A stretch of DNA of 64,000 nt from assembly GCA_050250855.1 (NCBI GenBank), contig JBFWNW010000004.1:32001-96000 (forward strand). The letters are read 5' to 3'. A program made the position numbers and the translations under genes. Below are positions 57,963-64,000 of this stretch, in pieces. The DNA is from Candidatus Babeliales bacterium (GTDB lineage: Bacteria > Babelota > Babeliae > Babelales > JACPOV01). Each line of letters opens with the position of its first letter. The first letter of the stretch is position 1. The notes under the pieces were generated by a model. It was not told the DNA's origin. It saw nothing but the letters and a program-made list of their open reading frames with translations, and made no database searches.

Positions 57963-58445
57963 ATGAATGATTTTATTAATATGAAACATATAATGAATCG
58001 ATTTTTTCTTACCTTAAGCACCATGGGTCCTATTGGTTATTTTAAAGCGCCTGGGACCATGGCAAGTCTTTTTTCTTTACCCATTATTTTTTGCATGCAT
58101 CGCCTTTCATTACCTATGTACCTAATGGTTGTCGTTCTCAGTTTTTGCATTGCTTTTATAGGTATAAAAAAATCGTTACTATTTTTTAAAAAACATGATC
58201 CATCAGAAATTGTCATAGATGAATATGTCGGTTGTTTGGTAACATTTTTGGCATTTCCCAAAACGCTTGTAACCCTTTTTTGGGGTTTTATTTTTTTTAG
58301 ATTTTTCGATATTGCAAAATGCTGGGGCATTAAATCGTGTGAACGTTTACATGGCGCTCTTGGTGTGCTATGTGACGATGTTCTTGCTGGCGTTTTTGCT
58401 AATATTTTCTTGCACATATTTTTCTTTTTAATGTCATATGTATAG
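57963..58445 (+). CDS. pgpA: Phosphatidylglycerophosphatase A (start uncertain)
   Basis: APGT, HDPSEIVIDE, FRFFDIAK, DDVLAG. Confidence 0.93.
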   Translation: MNDFINMKHIMNRFFLTLSTMGPIGYFKAPGTMASLFSLPIIFCMHRLSLPMYLMVVVLSFCIAFIGIKKSLLFFKKHDPSEIVIDEYVGCLVTFLAFPKTLVTLFWGFIFFRFFDIAKCWGIKSCERLHGALGVLCDDVLAGVFANIFLHIFFFLMSYV

Positions 58446-59097
58446 TATTGTTAATGCCTATCAAAAGATTATTTCACTTATAATGCCGCCATTTTGCGCT
58501 GCATGCCATGCATTTCTTGCAGGACAACAAGTGTTGTGTGCTTCTTGTGCCGAGCGTATTAAACCAGTAATACCAGTGCACGTTAACATTACCAAGCGCT
58601 ATCAAATGACGGTGTATGCCGTTGCGGCTTATCAAGATCCTTTAAGAAAAATTATTATTGCAAAGCGGTATTCACAGCGTACTGCAGCGGTGCAACTTGC
58701 CACGTTTATGAATAACTATTTAGAAGAATATAATTTTGCCTGCGATCTTTTTATTCCCATCCCACTTCATTGGACACGGTATGCATGGCGTGGTTATAAT
58801 CAGGCAGAAATTATTGCAGCGTATCTTGCAAAGAATAATAATAAACCGTTGGTTTCTTGTCTTTCAAGGATTAAACGAACACCGTTGCAAGTGAGCTTGA
58901 GTATTGATGAACGTGAAGATAATGTAAAAAATGTTTTTTCACTTTCTGAACACATGAAAGACCAGCTCAAAGATAAACATATTGTGCTTGTGGACGATGT
59001 TATGACAACGGGAGCAACGTTGCGAGCAGCAGCAAAAGTACTTGCACAAGCGCGGCCGGCCTCAATTTCAGCGATTGTTGCAGCACGGGTAATTTGA
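58438..59097 (+). CDS. comF: ComF family protein
   Basis: CxxC..CxxC, PIPLH, RGYNQA, VDDVMTTGAT. Confidence 0.92.
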   Translation: MYSIVNAYQKIISLIMPPFCAACHAFLAGQQVLCASCAERIKPVIPVHVNITKRYQMTVYAVAAYQDPLRKIIIAKRYSQRTAAVQLATFMNNYLEEYNFACDLFIPIPLHWTRYAWRGYNQAEIIAAYLAKNNNKPLVSCLSRIKRTPLQVSLSIDEREDNVKNVFSLSEHMKDQLKDKHIVLVDDVMTTGATLRAAAKVLAQARPASISAIVAARVI

Positions 59098-59178
59098 GTT
59101 TTACTGTTGTTGTGATAGGCTACAAAGTCGTAACAAAAAAGTAATCGTTAAGTTTTTACATGCAGAAGGAGCATCGTT

Positions 59179-60246
59179 ATGAATAAAAAAATTTTTAGTT
59201 TATCAGCTCTCGTAACATCTTTGATTGTGCTATCAAGTTGCGACTGGGGCAAAAAAGAAGAGGTAAAAAAAGAAACTTCTTCAACAGCGCAAGAAAGTAC
59301 AGCAGCGCCAACAGGAGAAGTGCTCTTGACCATTAACGGCAAGCCAGCTATCACGACATCACAGTTTGAAGAGTACAAAAATTCTGTTCTTGATGCACAG
59401 CCACAATTAAGACAACTTATGGCGTTTATGCCTGATGCTGAAATGGAACTTTTCAAAAGCATGGCCAATGAAATTATGTTGAAAAATTGGATTGAAAAAC
59501 ATGGTATTGATAAACGTGCAGATTATCAAAAAGATCGTCGCATGGGCCAAGAATTTTTAGATCGTCAGCTTGCTATCAAATATTTCCAACAAGAATATCC
59601 AAAAATGGCAAAAGTTGAAGTAACTGATGCAGAAGCCAGAAAAATTTATGACGAAAAGAAAGAAACTACTCCTGAACTTATGATCTCTCAAGGTGGTATT
59701 ACTATTGAGCTCGTTGAATTCAAACAAGAAGCTCCTGCAAAAGAGTTCTTTGAAAAGGTAAAAGAAGCGGGCAAAGACTTTATGCAAGTGGCAAAAGATG
59801 CACAATTAAAGCCTAAAGAAATAAAAGGCGTAAATGGCCAATCGTTTGAAGTAGATGGTGCCGTGCGTGAAAAAGTTACAAAAATGAGCAGATTACCGGC
59901 TACTGAACTGATTAAAGGCAAAGATAAGTTCTTTGTCGTGCGTGCTGTGGTAAAAGATGAAGCAAAATATGTACCATTTGAACAAGTTAAAGAGCCAATC
60001 AAGCAACAACTTAAGGCGCAAAAGCTATTCACTGAAGAGCTTGATAAGTTGAGAAAAGATTTTGATATTCAAGAAAATAATGCCTTCTTTGAAAAACAAA
60101 AACAAGCTCGTCAAGAAGAGCTAGAACGCATGAAAGAAGAAGCCCAAAAACAAATGCAAAAAAAACAAGCGCAAACAACAGAAAAGTCTGATAACCCTGT
60201 CGTAGCGCAGAATAGTCAGAAAGCTGCTGTTGTAAAAGGTGCATAA
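59179..60246 (+). CDS. PrsA/PpiC-like foldase lipoprotein
   Basis: Lipobox LSSC; VLLTINGKPAIT, VEVTDAE..Y, PFEQVKEPI. Confidence 0.8.
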   Translation: MNKKIFSLSALVTSLIVLSSCDWGKKEEVKKETSSTAQESTAAPTGEVLLTINGKPAITTSQFEEYKNSVLDAQPQLRQLMAFMPDAEMELFKSMANEIMLKNWIEKHGIDKRADYQKDRRMGQEFLDRQLAIKYFQQEYPKMAKVEVTDAEARKIYDEKKETTPELMISQGGITIELVEFKQEAPAKEFFEKVKEAGKDFMQVAKDAQLKPKEIKGVNGQSFEVDGAVREKVTKMSRLPATELIKGKDKFFVVRAVVKDEAKYVPFEQVKEPIKQQLKAQKLFTEELDKLRKDFDIQENNAFFEKQKQARQEELERMKEEAQKQMQKKQAQTTEKSDNPVVAQNSQKAAVVKGA

Positions 60247-60281
60247 GAGCTTGAGCTTTAGCGCTGATAGACGTATACTAG

Positions 60282-60316
60282 ATGGGGAATCTACTAAAAG
60301 GTAGGTTCCCCGTTTT
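60282..60316 (+). terminator. Intrinsic terminator
   Basis: ggggaatctac/gtaggttcccc stem + T-run. Confidence 0.7.
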
Positions 60317-60348
60317 AGTTTAAAAAATCGCATACTATTTGAGAGCAT

Positions 60349-61320
60349 ATGAAGAAAATTGTATTAGTTTTTATCACAAGTTTATGGATGGTGCCAGTTA
60401 TCTGTCGCCCGGTAAGAAAAAGAGTCGTTAAAACAACTCATGCAGAGCAAAAAGAGCTGTTTTCTGTCAAATCAAAGACGGGAGCTCATTTGAACAGTGC
60501 CGATCATGCAGATAAGAAGGTTGATGCGGATACAGCTTCAAGGAAGTTAGTTGATAAAGTTGAGGCGATTGTTCATGGTCCAGAGCGTAGCCAAATTTTT
60601 TGTAAATCAGATCAAGCGCGCCGTGGCATTGACGGTAGAACGCGAACACTTGAAGATAGTATTACTGAAGAGCTTTTTTACCAAGAAGCGATACGCTATA
60701 AAATTCCTATAGATGATAACGTTGTCAAACAACATTTGGAAAAAACATTGCAAGGTTTTGGCTTAAAATCTGGTGATGAATACAATATTTTTGCCCAAGA
60801 AGGGTATACGTACCAAGAAGGTTTTGAACGCTTCAGATTAATGTACGCCAATAATGTGATGGTTGATTATAAAGTGCGCCAAGGAATGTTGATTCCAGAA
60901 GATGAGGTTATTTCTTATTACAACAAGCATCCTATAGAAAAGCAGCCAAAATATCAGCTGCAAATGTCCTATGTTTCTGACCGTGGCAATAAAAAAGAGA
61001 CAAACAAAAAGCTTGAAGAGTTTGTACAAACGGGAAAAGGTTTTGACATTCAATGGAGTGATCCTTACTGGCTTTTAGAGCAAGATATTGCTGAGGGGCT
61101 TGAATTTATTACTGCTATGGAACCTGGTGCTATTAAAAAACAAAAAGTTTCTGACGGCTTTCAGCTTTTTCAGCTGAAGGCAAAAAAATCAAGACGCTTT
61201 GTTTCTCTCAAAAAGCGCTATCGTGATATTATGGTCAGACTACAAAAGCCAAAATTTGAAGAGACTTTTGAAAAATATCGCAAATCGCTCTTTGATGCAG
61301 CAACAATTGTACATATGTAA
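60349..61320 (+). CDS. SurA-like chaperone
   Basis: LVDKVEAIV, IPEDEVISYY, A.I terminal pattern; next to PrsA-like gene. Confidence 0.7.
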   Translation: MKKIVLVFITSLWMVPVICRPVRKRVVKTTHAEQKELFSVKSKTGAHLNSADHADKKVDADTASRKLVDKVEAIVHGPERSQIFCKSDQARRGIDGRTRTLEDSITEELFYQEAIRYKIPIDDNVVKQHLEKTLQGFGLKSGDEYNIFAQEGYTYQEGFERFRLMYANNVMVDYKVRQGMLIPEDEVISYYNKHPIEKQPKYQLQMSYVSDRGNKKETNKKLEEFVQTGKGFDIQWSDPYWLLEQDIAEGLEFITAMEPGAIKKQKVSDGFQLFQLKAKKSRRFVSLKKRYRDIMVRLQKPKFEETFEKYRKSLFDAATIVHM

Positions 61321-61322
61321 GT

Positions 61323-62099
61323 ATGAAAAAGCTTCTAGTAACTTTTTTAATCTTAACAAATGTACTTTATGCAGCTGATAACCAAATGAGCGAAAAGAAT
61401 TTTGCTAAAGTTTTGGAATCTTCCGATCTTGAAAAGATTGAAGAGTATTTAAAAATAAATCCAACTGATCTGAATAAACTTATATCTAATGGTTTTTGGA
61501 TAAAATTTTCTTATAAAGATTTTGATTCTGTTGCTATTCCTTTTCTTCTGCCTCTTGAGTATGCTGTTTTGTCAAATAATAAAGGTATGGCAGAACTTCT
61601 TTGCCGCTACGGGGCAGATCCTAATGCTTACGATTTTAAAATTCTTTATAGTGCAGTTTGGTATGGTCTTTCCGATTTTTTACCATTCTTACGTGATCAT
61701 GGGTTGAATTATGAAAATAAGATTGGCATGAATCTTTTACATTGTGCTTGTGAATCAAGAAGCAGGATAGATGCTCCAGAGCTTGTGGCAACTATACTTA
61801 CGTTATGGGGACCATCTATGCTTGAAGAAAAAGAGTTTAAAACAGGATTAAAGCCCTTAGAATATGCACAGCAGACTAACTATAAATCATCGTATATGGT
61901 TGCATTTGCATTACGTGATAAAGAACTTTTAGAAAACCAGATGGACAAGGTTAGAGAAAAAATAATGCATGAAAAGATGCAGTCTCAAAGAGTACCAAAT
62001 CTAACTTCTTATCTTTTTAATCGAGAACTTGGCATGAGCAATGTGGATATGATGCATCAAAGTAATTTAGAAAACTACTTTCAGCAACAAGAAAAATAA
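61323..62099 (+). CDS. Secreted ankyrin-repeat protein
   Basis: PLEYAV..ELLCRYGADPN, GMNLLHCAC, GLKPLEYA; signal peptide. Confidence 0.85.
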   Translation: MKKLLVTFLILTNVLYAADNQMSEKNFAKVLESSDLEKIEEYLKINPTDLNKLISNGFWIKFSYKDFDSVAIPFLLPLEYAVLSNNKGMAELLCRYGADPNAYDFKILYSAVWYGLSDFLPFLRDHGLNYENKIGMNLLHCACESRSRIDAPELVATILTLWGPSMLEEKEFKTGLKPLEYAQQTNYKSSYMVAFALRDKELLENQMDKVREKIMHEKMQSQRVPNLTSYLFNRELGMSNVDMMHQSNLENYFQQQEK

Positions 62100-62106
62100 A
62101 CTGATC

Positions 62107-63339
62107 TTAACTAACTTCTTTTTGACTGATTTCCTCTTGTAATTGTAAAGCTTTTTCAATAAGCATTTCTTTTTGCGGCGTCAGTTCAGGTTTTGACGTA
62201 AAATAGGTTTCAAGCAGATCTTCTAAACTCATATCAATTTTCATAGCAGCGCGTTGTTGGCGGCGTTTCTGTTGATGCACGGGAATAATGCCGACAATAT
62301 CATGCGCAGCATTGCACGCGCGCTGTACTGCATTTAAATCAACGGTATCAGCAGAACCTTCTTGTAGATAATAAATAATTTTTACCACGGCATCTTTAAG
62401 ATCATGCTGCTGTAATGCTTCTATAATCTGGTTGGTTTGTGATTCTTGATTTAATTCAACATCAACTTGAATAAAGGGGCGTTGCGGTGTTTTGATAAAT
62501 TCATAGGTTGTTTTTTCTTTACTATGAATGGTCACCAGACAAAATCCTTTATCTTCTTTACGCTCGCCAAAATCTATGCGTTCAATAGAACCAGAATAAA
62601 CAACCGGAGGATGTCCTTTGAGGTTTAAATCTTGAAAACGATGCAAGTGGCCGAGTGCAACATAATCAAACGGTTTTATCGCAAGTTGTGAAGGTAAAAA
62701 TACAGGATCGTTACCGTAAATGGCGCGTTTTTCTGAGCCTGAAAAAATACCGGAACTGACTGTTAAGTGGCCCGTAAGAATGGCAGGTAAGGTTGGGTCA
62801 AGAGTTTCGGCTAAATGATTAATAATATTGCTTGCAGATTTTGCAATATAATCAGTTAATTCAAAAGAAGATTTAAAACTATGCTTTTCAGAAATAGCAA
62901 TCGTATTGCGCGTTGGCCACGGCATACCGACAATTTGTAAAGGACCATGTTTTGTTTGCAAGGTAAGTGCTGTTGGTTTACCAATAACATGAAAGCCATC
63001 AAGTGGCAGATCGCCAAAAACATCTAACGTATTTGCTTTGCCAAAACTTAAGGGATTATCATGATTTCCTACTACAATAACGGCAGGTATTTTTGCTTTA
63101 TGCAAGCGCAATAATGCACGCAGCAATAAGCGTTGTTGCGTGGGGCTTGGATTTGTTGTTTTATACGCATCGCCGGCAATTAAAAATGCATCAACACCTT
63201 GTTCAATAGCGCAATCAATGGCAGCATTAAATGCTTTATCAAAATCAAGCAAACGGGTGTGAATGCCCGTTTGAGGATCTATGCGGCCATAATTTTCCAT
63301 GCCGTAATGAATATCAGCGGTGTGAATAAAACGTATCAT
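62107..63339 (-). CDS. sbcD: Exonuclease SbcCD subunit D
   Basis: HTADIH, AGD, GNHD, DYVALGHLH, YSGS. Confidence 0.93.
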   Translation of the reverse strand: MIRFIHTADIHYGMENYGRIDPQTGIHTRLLDFDKAFNAAIDCAIEQGVDAFLIAGDAYKTTNPSPTQQRLLLRALLRLHKAKIPAVIVVGNHDNPLSFGKANTLDVFGDLPLDGFHVIGKPTALTLQTKHGPLQIVGMPWPTRNTIAISEKHSFKSSFELTDYIAKSASNIINHLAETLDPTLPAILTGHLTVSSGIFSGSEKRAIYGNDPVFLPSQLAIKPFDYVALGHLHRFQDLNLKGHPPVVYSGSIERIDFGERKEDKGFCLVTIHSKEKTTYEFIKTPQRPFIQVDVELNQESQTNQIIEALQQHDLKDAVVKIIYYLQEGSADTVDLNAVQRACNAAHDIVGIIPVHQQKRRQQRAAMKIDMSLEDLLETYFTSKPELTPQKEMLIEKALQLQEEISQKEVS

Positions 63340-64000
63340 GAATTTTCTAAACTATCGTTGCTTGTTTTTATTGCCCCTAAAAAACTGTGTTCATTAACCT
63401 CTTTTTTTTCTGAGCGGTTATTTTTTTTTGCCGCTATTTTTTTAGCATACGCTTCTTTATTTATTTGTCGAGCGCGGCCAATGGCAAGTGCTTGAGCGGG
63501 AACGTCTTGGGTAATTGTTGATCCTGCAGCAGTATACGAATCTTTTTTTATGGTTAAGGGTGCTACTAAGGTGTTATTGCTTCCTATAAAAACATTTTCT
63601 TCAATAATGGTTTTATGCTTTTGAAGGCCATCATAATTACACGTTATCGTGCCAGCACCAATATTGCTTTTGCTGCCTACGTGAGCATCACCCAAATATG
63701 CTAAATGTTTTGCTTTTGCGCCAGCTTGTAGTGTTGTGCGTGTTGTTTCAACAAAATTACCAATAACAGCTCCCTGCTTGAGAACTGATTGATTGCGTAT
63801 GTGAGCAAATGGTCCAACCGCGCATTGAGGTTCAATAAGTGCATCGCTTATAACCGAATGAGAATAAATGGTTGTATTGTCACCAATGTGGCTATTTTTG
63901 ATAATGCAAAAAGGTTCTATGGTTACATTGTAGCCAATTTTTGTACCATTAAAAAGATGAACGCCAGCGCCTATTTTTGTTCCTGCTTCTATGGTAATAT
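63336..64000 (-). CDS. glmU: GlmU acetyltransferase C-terminal part (5' end outside window)
   Basis: GPFAHIR, GNFVE, KHLAYLGDA, NIGAGTITCNYDG hexapeptide region. Confidence 0.93.
   Translation of the reverse strand, partial: ITIEAGTKIGAGVHLFNGTKIGYNVTIEPFCIIKNSHIGDNTTIYSHSVISDALIEPQCAVGPFAHIRNQSVLKQGAVIGNFVETTRTTLQAGAKAKHLAYLGDAHVGSKSNIGAGTITCNYDGLQKHKTIIEENVFIGSNNTLVAPLTIKKDSYTAAGSTITQDVPAQALAIGRARQINKEAYAKKIAAKKNNRSEKKEVNEHSFLGAIKTSNDSLENS

Noticed and set aside
1119..63495. Numerous 60-135 aa antisense or alternate-frame ORFs inside recognised genes
   Set aside because: Shadow ORFs with no motifs or RBS; only the gnd-overlapping ORF has independent support from its RBS and paralogs.

Overview
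AT-rich bacterial chromosome segment, probably from an intracellular protist parasite such as Candidatus Dependentiae/Babelota (TM6). The lineage is inferred from gene content and was not checked by any search. Housekeeping genes (pgi-zwf-gnd, tkt, lgt-dnaG-rpoD, mnmG, mraY, yhhQ-tgt, murB, trhO, pheT-lspA-pgpA-comF, PrsA/SurA-like, sbcD, partial glmU) alternate with about 35 signal-peptide orphan or eukaryote-like genes: ankyrins, F-box-like Cys-rich proteins and a USP deubiquitinase. No rRNA, tRNA, CRISPR array, integrase or transposase was recognised. Main signal: an apparent effector-accretion architecture. (i) Single genes are inserted between 43-47 bp direct repeats that copy the 3' end of the neighbouring gene. 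(ii) In tandem arrays a conserved DNA leader (upstream gene end + RBS + signal peptide) is reused and identity ends at the predicted cleavage site; one such leader is overprinted on gnd. (iii) At least 13 unrelated exported proteins have Met (usually Met-Glu/Asp) right after the predicted cleavage site, and some carry eukaryotic dileucine sorting motifs. Also present: a modular, nested REP/MITE-like repeat family, candidate structured RNAs and a Chlamydia-type queuine salvage pair.
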